Positions 1-12,860 of a DNA stretch of 64,000 bases are shown piece after piece. The notes under the pieces are model-generated. The model did no database searches. It had not been told where the DNA came from and worked only from the letters and a program-made list of their open reading frames with translations. The position numbers and the translations under genes are program-made. Within the stretch, counting starts at the first letter, position 1, and every line of letters starts with the position of its first letter. Source of the DNA: Heteronotia binoei. Lineage: Eukaryota. The stretch is taken from NCBI RefSeq assembly GCF_032191835.1, contig NC_083223.1, forward strand, positions 155,868,001-155,932,000. Direction: 5' to 3'.

Positions 1-2075
1 CAACCATAAGTCAAAACTGCTCTCCAAAATTCTGTAGGTAGCTACATGGAAAAGTCTCTGATACTGCTATTCATGAAGATAAAAATATCCATTCAGCTGA
101 CCGGTAATCAATGCAAAAGGTCCGGGTTCAGAATCTTGATCCACAGCTGAGCTTCTCTCAAAGAACAATATCCTCTTAATGCATCATTTTAAACATAGAG
201 AAGAAAAAAATTCTCAAAGGATGGAGCGCCCAGGCCTCAAGTTATTTTTAATGACCATCCTATGTCTTTCTCAGCAGGCATGGCATTCTCAGCAGGAATC
301 AATGTCTCTGTGCTTTGAGATTTTCATATTTCATTTAGCTACATATAATGTTAACTGCAACCGTACTCCATTCACTTTAAGCAACAATCACTGCAGCAGC
401 TGCCTGAAAACATTCCACTGTAAGAAATCAGTCTCTAAGGCGCTTCATCACTTTTTGTCTTCTTGCTGCTGCAGAATGAGGGCTGCTTTTGTTGTAAACA
501 AGAGCAGTATAAAAACTGTCACCTCTACAGCTGTTTCCAAGTTGTTCAGTGAATGTATAAAGTACTTCAGGCATACTACATGTTTGTGTAACACAACAGT
601 GACTCATCCCACTGATACATCCCAGTCAAGCTAATAAACATGTAGTATGCCCAAGTCATGTAGACAGAAGACTGTGCATTCCTGAAATGCCACAAGAGCA
701 GTGCTGGAAGTATACCATTCTGAGAACAGGGACCCACTACTAGCCAAAATATGGCGATGTCAAAAGAAGTTTCAAAGCAAAAACAAGACTCTCATATGTG
801 TTTCTTCCCACAACTGTGTTAAGATTTTCCATATTCAGCCACATACATGCCCCAATATTTATATTCTGCTAATGTTCATACCTTGATATAGTGAAGTTTA
901 TGCCCTTTTAATATTAACTGTATTATAAATATGACCTCAGGCTCATTTAACCAGATATTTTAACCAGATCTATTGCAATATTAAAATTATGGTTTTAGAG
1001 ACTGGAAATTTCTATTTATTTGACTGGATAATAAAATCAGGTCTATATTTATTATAGTATCAAGTATACAGGAATTGGACATAGGTCAAACTTCCATTCC
1101 TAGGAGACATTGTCACAACAATCCATGAGTCCTAAATGTAGGTCTCTACTAAGCTAGTGTGGAGGTTCACCCCTTTTCATTTTATATTAAGTTTCAGGAA
1201 ATAGGATTTTAGCCTTTGAAATCTGAATACCTAAATTAACAATGTGCTTAGCTTAACTGTTATGCAGCATACTTTTTAAGTTTTCACCTGTTTGACATAA
1301 CCACTCTGTAATATATTTCTCTAAAATGTCATGATGAAGTTTTGTACCCATTGTTCTGCATGTTCAGTACCCTATTTGTATGTTATTCTTCTTTTCTATT
1401 TTTTCCAAACTACATAATCTAACATCGTAGATCTATGTCATGCTTCAGTTAAACAACTGGAAAACTGAGAGGGGAATCTGAGTTGTCTACAGATGCCCGG
1501 TGCACCTAGTGCCCCAGACCTCCTTGCCTAGACCCAGTGCTCTTCCTTACCTTGGGAAGTTTCTGAGTTGAGAGAAAATTGGACAAAGAGGAGAGTTACT
1601 GCAACATACTCCATAGCAGTGAGGAGGGCACCACCAGTCAGCTGGGCCTCACAGGCACAGGTGCTGCCACAGGAACCCAAAGGAGGATGCTGGTATAGAA
1701 AGATAAAAATTGTTTTCCTCCTTGCATATTGATACGCAATAAAAGAATCTCCAGATCATCTCACTTAGACCTCTGACTGTTGAGTCTCTTAAATGGGGAT
1801 GGGAGCTCAACTCTTGGCACTGACGGTGTGTGCAATCGTCTTCTGTAGGGTTCTGCTATGCAATGTCTGGTGGATCTGCTAATGGCCACACTTGTTATCT
1901 TTTTACCTGTGTGCAGTGGAAAAATATCAATAAAAAGTGTGTTTGCCCTACAAAAGTGTTTGGTCCTTTTAATATAGCAATTCAGCATTCTTCTAACATC
2001 AACAGAATGCCATAACCGTTGCTTCATATGAGAAGGATGAGAATAAACTGATGGTAAGAATATTTCCTGTGATCT

Positions 2076-2799
2076 AAGAACATAAGAACATAAGAACATA
2101 AGAGAAGCCATGTTGGATCAGGCCAACGGCCCATCAAGTCCAACACTCTGTGTCACACAGTGGCAAAAATGTTATATACACACATACACTGTGGCTAATA
2201 GCCACTGATGGACCTGTGCTCCATACACTGTGGCTAATAGCCACTGATGGACCTGTGCTCCATATTTTTATCTAAGCCCCTCTTGAAGGTGGCTATACTT
2301 GTGGCCGCCACCACCTCCTGTGGCAGTGAATTCCACATGTTAATCACCCTTTGGGTGAAGAAGTACTTCCTTTTATCCGTCTTAACCTGTCTGCTCAGCA
2401 ATTTCATCGAATGCCCACGAGTTCTTGTATTGTGAGAAAGGGAGAAAAGTACTTCTTTCTCTACTTTCTCCATTCCATGCATTATCTTGTAAACCTCTAT
2501 CATGTCACCCCGCAGTCGACGTTTCTCCAAGCTAAAGAGTCCCAAGCGTTTCAACCTTTCTTCATAGGGAAAGTGCTCCAGCCCTTTAATCATTCTAGTT
2601 GCCCTTCTCTGCACCTTCTCTAAAGCTATAATATCCTTTTTGAGGTGCGGCGACCAGAACTGCACACAGTACTCCAAATGAGACCGCACCATCGATTTAT
2701 ACAGGGGCATTATGATACTGGCTGATTTGTTTTCAATTGTTTTCAATTCCCTTCCTAATAATTCCCAGCATGGCATTGGCCTTTTTTATTGCAAACGCA
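2076..2799 (-). mobile_element. CR1 LINE, 5'-truncated (RT C-terminus plus 3' UTR)
   Basis: ORF 2234-2776 (VRSHLEYCVQFWSPHLKKD...LEKRRLRGDMIEVYK) and (ATGTTCTT)n tail at 2076-2105; inserted in the DIRS YR gene. Confidence 0.95.
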
Positions 2800-2808
2800 A
2801 TAGTCTGA

Positions 2809-3351
2809 CAATAGTCCCCAATCTTTTTGGCCCCAGGGACCAGCCGGCCCACCCACTGCGGCCCCAGGGCCGGCAGGGTGGGGGAACTGAATTTGCCCCC
2901 CACACACACCATGCAGCCTTGCCACCCTGCTCCCCCCCCCCAGCGCCTCCTCCTCCCTCCATTTTTATCATGTTAAGCTGGGGAAAGCACCTTCTGAGCA
3001 CTTTAAAAGCTCACACACACACACCCCGTGCGGTGGCGGCGGTAGCAGCAGCGAGCGACCTGCTGAACAAGTGGTGCTGCCCTTTCCTCCAGAGGCAAGG
3101 GCAGTGCCACTTGTTCAGCAGTCGATCGCTGCTGCTGCCACGGTTTCCCCCGCAGATCAGCTGATCTGCAGGGGGTGTGTGAGCTTTTAAAGAGTCCAGA
3201 AGGCACTTTCCCTGGCTTAATATTGTAAAATGGAGAGAGGAAGAGGAGCTACGGGGGGGCGGGGGGCTGCAGGGCATTGTTGGGGGGGCAGCAAGTTGCT
3301 GACAGGCCACAGACCAATACCAGTATGGGGCCCAAGGGTTGAGGACCGCTG
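2809..3351. mobile_element. Non-autonomous hAT (Charlie-like) MITE
   Basis: Termini CAATAGTCCCCAATC...GGTTGAGGACCGCTG resemble the CAGTGGTCCCCAACC type of TIR; related ends occur at 47175-47693; no clean TSD. Confidence 0.7.
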
Positions 3352-5941
3352 ATCTATGAAATGTGGAATTAACCTTTGGTTTGAAAGTTGGATTTATGGG
3401 CAGAACCACCTTTGCTTTCTGAAAAATAAAGACTACAGACTTTACTGAAAGAGGTTCCAATTTTAATACCCTCCTGTCTGATGTGATGGCAACTAGGAAA
3501 ACATTTTTCATTCTCAGGTAGATCTTAGGCTTCATAGGGTCAGGATGTTTTCTGCAGTATCAGCAAAGAAAGGCCTTCCAAGTGGTATTGTAAATCCTGG
3601 TAGAAGACTGTCTCGCAAAATCAGGATGGTATTAGTCACCTGCAACTAATATCCTAAGAGAAGAAGCTTCTCCCTTTCCACTTTCATGCGGTCAAATGGT
3701 ATAGTTTTGGCAGAGGATGACAAATCAGCCTCTGGTGTATCATATTCTGTGAACCTGGAAGAGTCTGTAGATCTTTTACTGACATCTCCTGAAAGATCTT
3801 GAACCAAAGGCATCTTGGACAATAAGGAGCTATTACTAGAACCGCTGCCTTGAGATCTCGAATTCGACTGAATACCTTAGGAAGGAGGCTGATTGGGGGG
3901 AAAGCAAACATGGGTTCCTTCTGCCAGGGGACTGTAAGGGCATCTGTGACACCACCTGAAGGAGGAATAATCTGAAGTAGAAGTGATCCATTTGGTGTTT
4001 GCTGGAAAGGCAAGGAGTTAACCATTAGTTCCTCAAGGTTATTGACGATTTGTTGGAAAATCCTCTTGCTGAGGGGTCACTTCCCCTGTTGAATGACCTG
4101 ACAACTCAGCCAAACCATCTGAATGCTGATTGTCCCTATCACAGGTTCCACCTTGATGAATATCTTGGTACACCAACAGAGGCTACATTTCACAGGTAAC
4201 GGGACACCAAGTGATAGACCTGACTTCTGTGAAATAAGAGCCTGATAGGGTCAAAGAAACATCTAGAGTTGTCTGGAATGGAATCTCCCCCATTGTATGG
4301 TGTCAACAATGGATATTAGAAGGCTCTGCAGCTTGCCCAGCTGCATAAGGGAAGACAGTTTGCTCTTGATGACTTGTGAAGCCAGGTCCTTGATCTTTCG
4401 TGCTTTGTTTTGTTTTATTTTTGAAATGACAAAAATAATCTTGATGCTGCAGAGGCTATAATTACCCCTAAGTGTTCCAGGCAACAAAATGCTGTTAGAT
4501 AACTGTTCTGTAGACTTACCAGGAAAAACAGAGACCTGTAGAAACTGGGATGAACCTGATTTCTCGCAATCTGATAATTATATTCACCAACACTTTCATG
4601 AACACCCGAGGTGCCAACATCAGGCCAGAGAGAAGTACCCTGAGTTGGAAGTGTTTCTCTTCAATGCAGAAACAAAGGAACTTCCTGTGACCCTTGAGAA
4701 AATTGGGCACTCAAGGTAAGCCTCTGTTCAGTCGGTGAAATTTAGAGGTTCCTGAGGTTGAAGGAACTCTGCAATCGATCATGGAAGTCCATATAGTCAT
4801 ATCTTGGTGTTCTTGGAATCTCTTTCAGAACAATGTGGCTTACTACCTCTAGACTTGTTGAACCAGTTGGTGAAACCACCCCTCCAAAATGGCTGCTTGT
4901 TGGGCCCCCAGGAATACTGTTTGTCTTGAAAAAATCTAGAAAAGACGTGTTGTGTGTGAAAAAGAGGAAGAGGAAAATGACTTCATATCAGATTGACATA
5001 TTGACTTAGGTAATACTTTCTTCCTGTCCGTGGTTTCTATCAGGATCTTATCTATCAGCTCCTCAAAAGGTCTCCCCCCCCCATGGACAGAATATACTGT
5101 GGCAACAGTGTTTTGAGTGGTAGTCAGCAGACCACTCCTTCAACCACACTGTGCATCTAGCAGCTGCTGCCGAGGAAAATACCAGTGTCCAGAACAGAAT
5201 CTGTAAGAAAGACACAGCTCCTCAAACTGTTTGCTCCCTCCAATAAACGCCGGTTATCATCCAGCCGGAGAGTAACGATTTCACACATCCAACTACGATG
5301 ACATGGCAGATGCCTTTGCAGCCATGGAAGAAGCTTCATGTGCTTTTCTGAGGGTGAACTTGTTAGTATTAAGTCTGCCTTTACACAGTTTGACAGCTAC
5401 AACATGACAGCAAGTGATCTAGCTGGCAGGCTAGGTCACAGTGACCTTATCTACAAGCCGGTTCTAGCCGGTAAAGGACAGGTGGAAAGTACCTGCTGAG
5501 TCAGCATGACTATGGACTGCCAGGATTGGCTGATGGAACTATATATGGACTGCACTACCAGTGCACAGGTCTCTCTTCGAGGAGTCACATGCTGGCGGAG
5601 CACTTTGATCCTAAGGTTGATGTATATTACTGCACTAGTGAACACGTTGTATATAATCTGTAAATACACTGTTTTAGCACTAGCTGCAGGTGTCTGGCTC
5701 ACTTCCTTACTGGAGCTCACTGTTGTATATATCACACCGCTCACTCTGCATACACCCGCACCAACAGGGTTATGGGCCCAGCACGCTTCCGCTGCGCGGA
5801 GGAGCAACGTGAGTGTTGAGCTGACCGAGAGTTGTGAAGGAGCCGGAGGCGAGGAACGCCGTGGAGGACGAAGACTACCAGCTATCTCAGTCCGAGAGCG
5901 AGGGGGAGGACGGCAGCCAGCTGTCTGGAGGAGTCTGCGAC

Positions 5942-8603
5942 ATGGCTCAGCAACAGCTTGCAGTGGCCGTAGAGAAGCTCAATTCAGCCAACTACGCGGT
6001 GTGGAGCCTACGAATGGAACACTATCTGAAGCGTGAGGGTAAATGGCTGTATGTGAGTAATCCCCCTGCCATGTTATCTCCTGACCAGACTGTGTTGGCC
6101 GAGAAGGCACTGGCAAATATTGTGCTAGCCGTGGGAGATGACCAATTAATATATGTGCGTGGGAAGGACACTGCCAAGGCTGCCTGGGACGCGCTCAGTG
6201 GGGTATACGTGAGTGCCACTGCAGGCTCCCTAATGGCCTTGACCAGGAAAATGTTCCGCACTCTAATGCCGGCTGGAGGATATGTGAGGCAGCACATCAA
6301 GAAGCTTACAGACTGCTTCGTAGAGCTTGAAACCCGGGGCAAAACTGTTGCTCCTGATGACAGAGTATATATCTTGTTGTCATCTTTGCCGCCGGAGTTT
6401 ACACCGCTAATTACCTCCCTGGAAACGGTTGATGTGGCTACTCTATGGAGTACGTGTGTGCCCACCTGCATGATTTCCAGGAGCGGATTGCAGCTGTGAT
6501 CCATCCAGGAGTATCGGCTGGAGAACGTGTGGCTATCGGAGCGTCTGGGAAGACGTCCAAGCAGGAGCCGGCTTGTGCTACTGGCAGACAACCAAAGGCT
6601 GAAGAGGAGCCGACAGCACTGTTGTTCAGGCGTTCCTTTGGTTGCGGCTCATCCTCGCACCTTTTACGTGTTTGCCCTGAGAAAGGGAAGCGGCGTGGAC
6701 GGAGGCAGAGAGGGCAGAGGACCACCAGCAGATGGGAGGAAGAAGCCCAGCTGGTCACTTCTTCAGGAGAAAGTGCCGGGTCTTTGTGGATATTAGACTC
6801 TGGTGCAACAAACCATCTCTGCTGCGATGAGAAGCTGCTGAGAGATGTTGACATTCCTGAACTCTCCCATGTGAGATTAGCCGACGGTTCTTCTGCGGCT
6901 GTAAAATGTGCTGGGAGTGTAACTTTTCCCGTATTGAATTGCACATTCCAGCATGTATTATGTGTCCCCTCACTAAGATCTAATTTGCTAAGCATCAGCA
7001 ATTTAATTGATGACAGCTATGAGGTGGTGTTTAAGAAATCCTGATGTAAGATCTTAGGAGGTGGGGGGAAGCTGCTTGCTACTGGCAAAAGGGATGGAAA
7101 TGTATATGTGGTCAAGAGTGATTGTGCCCAGGCTGCACAAGTGTCCAATGTGCCAGTGCATGACCAATGTATCCATCTGTTACACAAAAGACTTGGGCAT
7201 TGTGGGTTTTACGCACTGGAAAAAACCCTACGGATGGTGCCAGGTTTGAAGGTAAAGCCCTGCAAGTGTTACCTAGACTGCCAGGTCTGAAAAAGACCAA
7301 GAGCAGGGCTTGTGCTGTGGCTAGAAAGAGCACCAGGGAGAGCAAACGTGCTTTAGAGCTAATACATCTTGATGTAATTGGCCCATTTCCCAAAAGTCTG
7401 TCGGGGAGACGGTACTGCCTAGTGGCTACCAACGACTATACAAGGTATTCCTGGGTGTTTGCCATGGAGCACAAGTCCAAGGTGTACAAATTGTTTACCA
7501 AATAATAATAATAATAATAATAATTTTATTTTTATATCCCGCCCTCCCCCGCCAAAGGCGGGCTCAGCGGTTGGGCAAAAGCAGTTGAAAGGGAGTTGGA
7601 CTTGCATATCAAGTCAATTCAGAGCGACCGTGGAGGGGAATTTACTTCTAATGAGTTTAAACGTTGGCTGGAGAGCAAAGGCATTGCTCACAGGTTAGCA
7701 AACCCAGCCACACCCCAAGAAAATGGGCTAGCAGAACGGCATGGATCAATCCTACAGAATTTGATGTATTCTATGTTAGAGGATGCCAACTTACAAATTG
7801 CATATTGGGCTGAGGCCATTGGCTCTGCGGTGTACCTGTATAACAGAATTTGGAGCAAAGCTGTGTATGACATACCTTACAGAAGGTTATATGGTAGAGT
7901 GCCTGAGTTAAGATTTTTAAAAGTCTTCGGGACGCAGGCATGGGTTAATATTCCCTCGGAGAACAGGAGGGAGTGAGCTGGCCGGGCAGTACGCCTAACT
8001 TTTCTGGGCTACAAGCCAGAAACTAGGTCTTATCGCTTTTGCGATAAGAAGGCCAAGCTGACTTTCAGTCGATCAGCTAATTTTAACGAGAATCACAGCT
8101 GGCCTAAGTTGCATGGTGAAGTCGTTTTGCTGCCAAGAACTGATAACAGTGCTGGAGCCGTGCCAAGGGAGATTAAGCAGGAGCCTAAATCTCCCGGCCA
8201 AGAGTTAGCACCAAAGGAGGCTGAGGAAGGTGAGCCCAGTGCTAGTACAGAGCCTCATGTGTCAAGTCAGGAGGTGGAACCTCCAAGCCAGGAGGTGGTG
8301 TTGCCAGCCCAGGAGGTGGCAAGCAGTCAGCCTGGAGAAGACAAGCCCAGTGCAAGTGCAGGGCCTCGAGTATCTTCCAGAGCTACAAAGGGTATCCCTC
8401 CTGCTAGGTACAAAGTACCTTATGTAACACTGGTTACTGAACCAGAACCACCAGGGTTTCAAGAAATGCTAAAGAAAAAGGCTGAAGCATGGAAGGTCTG
8501 GGTTGCAGAGTGTGAGGCACGTAACAAGGAGGCTGAGGCCAAACGCCAGAGGGAATTGGCTGACCAGGACAGTGATGATGAGTGCCTGGATTGGAAATGG
8601 TAA
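5942..8603 (+). pseudogene. Copia gag-protease-integrase polyprotein, disrupted
   Basis: Gag (EKLNSANYAVWSLRMEHYL), degenerate Zn knuckle (SFGCGSSSHLLRVC), protease (WILDSGATNHLC), LLHKRLGH, integrase (LELIHLDVIGP; SDRGGEF; PQENGLAER). Frameshifts near 6440 and 7290, a stop at 7044 and an insertion at 7501-7570. Confidence 0.92.
7501..7570 (-). mobile_element. Short L2/SINE-type 3' tail inserted in the Copia integrase
   Basis: (AAT)8 followed by TTTATATCCCGCCCTCCCC...GGGCTCAG; the same tail occurs at ~41030-41097. Removing it restores KLFT-(N/K)-WAKAVERELDLHIKSIQSDRGGEF. Confidence 0.75.
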
Positions 8604-10686
8604 ACTGTAAATAACAAAGTGCAAAAGCATGATGCTGTGATACTGCTGTCCAGAAAACAATGTACAGGCATGTGAGTGAACATTGCATAACATTGTGTAT
8701 GGTGTGAAGTTGCCAAGTGTCTATGTAAACTGTGTACGTTAGACTAGGAGGTGTGTTAGTATTAAGTCTGCCTTTACACAGTTTGACAGCTACAACATGA
8801 CAGCAAGTGATCTAGCTGGCAGGCTAGGTCACAGTGACCTTATCTACAAGCCGGTTCTAGCCGGTAAAGGACAGGTGGAAAGTACCTGCTGAGTCAGCAT
8901 GACTATGGACTGCCAGGATTGGCTGATGGAACTATATATGGACTGCACTACCAGTGCACAGGTCTCTCTTCGAGGAGTCACATGCTGGCGGAGCACTTTG
9001 ATCCTAAGGTTAATGTATATTACTGCACTAGTGAACACGTTGTATATAATCTGTAAATACACTGTTTTAGCACTAGCTGCAGGTGTCTGGCTCACTTCCT
9101 TACTGGAGCTCACTATTGTATATATCACACCACTCACTCTGCATACACCCGCACCGACAGAACTTAGCTTATTCTGTCCGGATTGTCCTTGACATTACCA
9201 TGAATGTCCTCTGAAACTAATCCATAGGTTTGCATTGCTGTCAGTTTAACATCAATGAAAGGAAAATGGAGGAATTAGTTACTAAAAGATGAGAAAGCAT
9301 AAAGGGGTTTTGTTTTGTTTTTTAGCAAAACCTGTGTTTTGTTTGTCAGTCAAGGACTTTGTTCACTCTGCTCTCCACTGTCTCTCAAAAAACTCTGGAA
9401 AGGAATAAACTTTCTCAGAAGAGAACTGTCTTGGAAGAGCTCTGTCTCCCCCCCCCCCCACACACACACACCTTTTTTTAACTCTTGAGGTGGTCCTCAC
9501 AATCTCCCTCTATATCTGAATCTTCCTGGAAATCAAGAGCTGACCATGTTTTAGCCAACAGATACCAACAGATCTCAATCTTAAAGAACCTCAGGGGTAG
9601 TTCTGATACTTCAATATCAATCCCCTCCTCCTCTGACATGAAGTCTCCCTCTTCCTTGTCATTGTGCTTATCAGAAAGAGATGGCTCTCTCTCCCCCCCC
9701 CCTCTTTTTTGTGGCACCGTTTGCTTCCTGGGAACTTTAATTGGCCAGTTAGCACCTCTAAATACTGGAGATCTGCGGGGGCAGAGGGGAGGAGAGGAGG
9801 AGGAATGGGCCAAACATGTCATTTTTTACTCTCCCTGTTAATCTTTAACATCCATTACCCTTGTGGTATCCCCCAGAAAGGAAAAACATTGGAGGGAAGA
9901 GACAGTGACCTGCATCCATGTTGGTTACCTTCTTGAGCCATCTGTGGTGCAGTTCCCAGGTAACCCGAAGCCATGGACGTTCCCCCCAGCAGGGGATATT
10001 CCTCACCACTGCCCTCCCATTTGCCTGTAATAAGCTTAGTCAGAGCTGTACATGCACCGCTAGCTTAGCCTTGCTTGTCACCACTTCCAGAGCATGCTGC
10101 CTCCTCTAACTGAGAGTACAACTCCCACGGCACTGCACTGGCTTTTGGTGCCTTTTAGATTTCTGCCACCTAAGGGCTGGCTCATCAGGGAGTCCACAAC
10201 AAGCCTCTACAGGGGCTTGTTGGCTCCACACTGCTAGTCGATGTATGGAGCCTCCCACTGCCCGGCCAATAGAAAACTGTCACCGCCCTCTGTGCCATTA
10301 AGTCAGCCAGAGGACTTTGGGGCACCAAACCCCATCAATCTCTAGTGCTGCTGAGGCAAAAAGAAAATGGCTGCTGCAGGGCAGAGGAGAGTAGCCCTCA
10401 CCAGCAGGCTGTAGGAAAGATTAGAACAAGGAGGGAAAATGCAGCATAGAAATACGAAGAAAATGGCTGAAAATGAAACAAATAGACAAGAGATTAACAG
10501 AAGGAAGGTATAAAGAAACTCTCTCACTCAGATAAAAGAAAGGCAGAATAGGTATAGGCAAAGCCTAGCCACTCTCCCTACTGAGGCAGGAAAAGAACTG
10601 AAGTTGAGGATGACTCCCACCAGGAACAGGAAGTGAAGAAATTTGTTCCTGCCTTCTAAACATAGGATGGGAATCACCCAGAACAG

Positions 10687-10760
10687 GGATGGCCAATGGC
10701 TGGGGCTGATGGGAGTTGTAGGCAAAAAACATCTGGAGAGCTACCGCTGGTCACCCCTGA
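10687..10760. mobile_element. Half copy of the palindromic hAT MITE seen at 46216
   Basis: GGCCAATGGCTGGGGCTGATGGGAGTTGTAGGCAAAAAACATCTGGAGAGCTACC matches one arm of 46216-46351. Confidence 0.8.
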
Positions 10761-11310
10761 CCCAGAAGATGTCCTCTTAGAGGGAGAACTAAGAATGCAA
10801 AGGAAGGGTTTTTGCTTCACATACTAAAGAGAAAATTTATTTAACCTGTACATGAAAATTTTATTTTAATGCAAGGACGACTTTCAGCATGAAACATGAA
10901 TTCTTTAATTTTCAGAAAAAGTAATATCTGACACTGATAATAAAAAGTAAGAAAACAACAAACTAATGAATTTTGCAGGAGAAAATCAACAGTCACAGGA
11001 ATTAGTGGCAGAGGAAGGATTAAGCACTTTCCCAGTCATATATCCCTCTTATCAATTACCCACCTCCATTCACATTTATCTCAGCAAGGTCGATTTGGGT
11101 CTAGGTCTAACATTAACCCAGAACATTCAGAAGTGACATGAGTCATTTCCAGGAATTGTTGGAACACCTACTGTTTTATTACAAAGTTTCAGGCAATCTC
11201 TAAAGAAGCATGATGATACTTCTGGTCCCCTCCCTGCAGAAGTGATACCATGCTTTCACTATCACTCTGCCATGTGATTCTGGTTTTTCTGTTGGTTGCA
11301 CATGCTTTAC

Positions 11311-11346
11311 CCAGGTGACATTCCATTCTGTTCTTAGTGCAGAGCC
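11311..11346 (-). CDS. Candidate internal coding exon of the host gene (GLCTKNRMECHL)
   Basis: TTATTTGTATTTAG acceptor and G|GTAAAG donor; 36 nt, phase 1-1; splices in frame after the 17970-18087 exon. Confidence 0.45.
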
Positions 11347-11377
11347 CTAAATACAAATAAGGTGCAGAGAATATTGA

Positions 11378-12860
11378 TTTACTTTTATTTATTTATTATT
11401 TATTTTGGTAAATTTTATTCCGCCCTTTCCCAGACAGGCTCAGGACGGATTACATCCAGAGAAAGCCAGTCAAATACAATAAAACCAATAAAATACAATT
11501 AAAACAGCAACACAACACAGTACTGTATAACATCAGTGGGCAGGCTCATAGTGCAGTTGGAGTATAATCAGTGGTCCAGATATAGTAGTTCGGATGACAG
11601 ATAACTATGGGGGAGGATAGCTGATGGTATAAGCAATAAGGAAAAGGACGCCCACCTGCCTCAACCAAACGCCTGGCAGAACAGCTCTGTTTTACCGGCC
11701 CTATGGAAAGGTAACAAATCCAGTAGGGCCCCTATCTCCACAGGGAGCTGATTCCACCAGTATGGTCGAGGCAAGACAGATGTCCTTTGGGCCAGGGATG
11801 ACCAGGAGATGTTGGCTGGCAGATCGAAGCAACCTTTGGGGCTCAAATGGGGAGAGTCGGTCCCGCAGCTATGTTGGTCCCAGGCCAAATAAGGCTTTGA
11901 ATGTCAATACTAAAACCCTGAAGCGGATCCGGTACTCAACTGGTAACCAGTGCAATGTGCACAGCATCAGTCGACTGCCTGCCCGTACAAACAATCCAGT
12001 TAAGAGCCATGCTGCCAGATTTTGCACCAGTTGAAGTTTCCAGATCAGTCTCAAGGGCAAGCCTGCATATAGTGAGTTACAGTAATCCACCTGGAAGTGA
12101 CCGTTGTATGGATCACTGCAGCTAGGTCCTGGGTCATCAGATAGGGCACCAGCTGTTTGGCCTGCCAAAGATGGAAGAAGGCAGATTGTGCAACTGTTGT
12201 GACCTGGGCCTCCATGGAAAGGGAGGAATCCAGTATAACCCCCAAGCTCCTCACCTTCTGAGCTGGCACCAAAGGGGCACCATCTAGGGTGGGAAGTCAA
12301 ATGCCAATCCTAATCCCCCCCGACCCGGTACAGGACCTCCATCTTGGTTGGATTAAAAGCTTCAGCCAGCTTAACTGCAACCATCCCACCACGGCTTCTA
12401 ATGCCCTGGTCAGATGGTCTGGGGTGGCGTCTGAATGGCCATCCATCAACAGATAGAGCTGGGTGTCATCTGCATATTGGTGACAACCCACCCCAAAACC
12501 TCGGGCAATCTGGGCAAGAGGATGCATATAGATGTTAAACATCATTGGTAAGAGAACAGCTCCATGCGGCACATCACATTCAAGTGGGTGCCACAGAGAA
12601 GTCTGCTCACCAATTGCCACCCTTTGTACCCAACCATGGAGAAAAGAAGAAAGCCACTGTAAGGCTACCCCTTGAACTCCGATATTGGCAAGGTGGTGGG
12701 TCATTAGATTGTAATCAACTGTGTCGAAAGCTGCTGAGAGGTCTAATAACAATAGCAGCGCTGACCAGCCTTGATCCAGATGCCTTCTAAGGTCATCTGT
12801 GAGGGCGACCAGAGCAGTCTCCATCCCATGACCAGGAAGGAAGTTGGACTGGAAGAGATC
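11378..12860 (-). mobile_element. L2 LINE, RT half and 3' end
   Basis: ETALVALTDDL...LLLLDLSAAFDTVD...HQYADDTQLY (12297-12824), LHWLPVEYRIRFRVLVLTFKAL (11869-12300), and a (TTTA)n tail at ~11380-11410. Confidence 0.93.

Larger units (their letters stand above)
5361..9159 (+). mobile_element. Ty1/Copia LTR retrotransposon, both LTRs present, RT/RNase H absent
   Basis: 406-bp LTRs at 5361-5766 and 8754-9159 (TG...CA, 4 mismatches by eye), 5-bp TSD GAACT (5356-5360 and 9160-9164), PBS GGTTATGGGCCCAG at ~5768, purine tract CTAGGAGGTG before the 3' LTR. Confidence 0.96.
1650..10810 (-). mobile_element. Degenerate DIRS (tyrosine-recombinase) retrotransposon, fragmented by nested insertions
   Basis: Minus-strand peptides in DIRS order: ORF1-like (YLLAKTWSALDF, ~9.55 kb; GLVSEDIHGNVKDNPDR...LRKAHEASSMA spanning the Copia site), RT (FQLRVLLSGLMLAPRVFMKV, 4516-4710), RNase H (LGKLQSLL...QWGRFHSRQL, 4263-4487), DALTVPW...FAFPPISLLPKV (3684-4025), and YR (NVFLVAITSDRRV...PKVNSTFHRS joining QEIFLPS...DVRRML across 3352/2075). 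The outer boundaries are approximate. Confidence 0.85.

Noticed and set aside
179-886. ORFs 179-634 and 701-886 as genes
   Set aside because: No recognisable motifs or splice structure; AT-rich sequence consistent with intron or UTR.
5451-6036. ORFs 5451-5807, 5506-6036, 8844-9137 and 8899-9192 as a duplicated small gene
   Set aside because: They lie inside the two Copia LTRs; the duplication is just LTR identity and there are no protein motifs.
7459-7698. Poly-Asn protein (NNNNNNNN)
   Set aside because: It is a translation of an (AAT)n retroelement tail inserted in the integrase.
9170-9250. Host exon AMQTYGLVSEDIHG
   Set aside because: It rejoins across the Copia TSD into DIRS ORF1.
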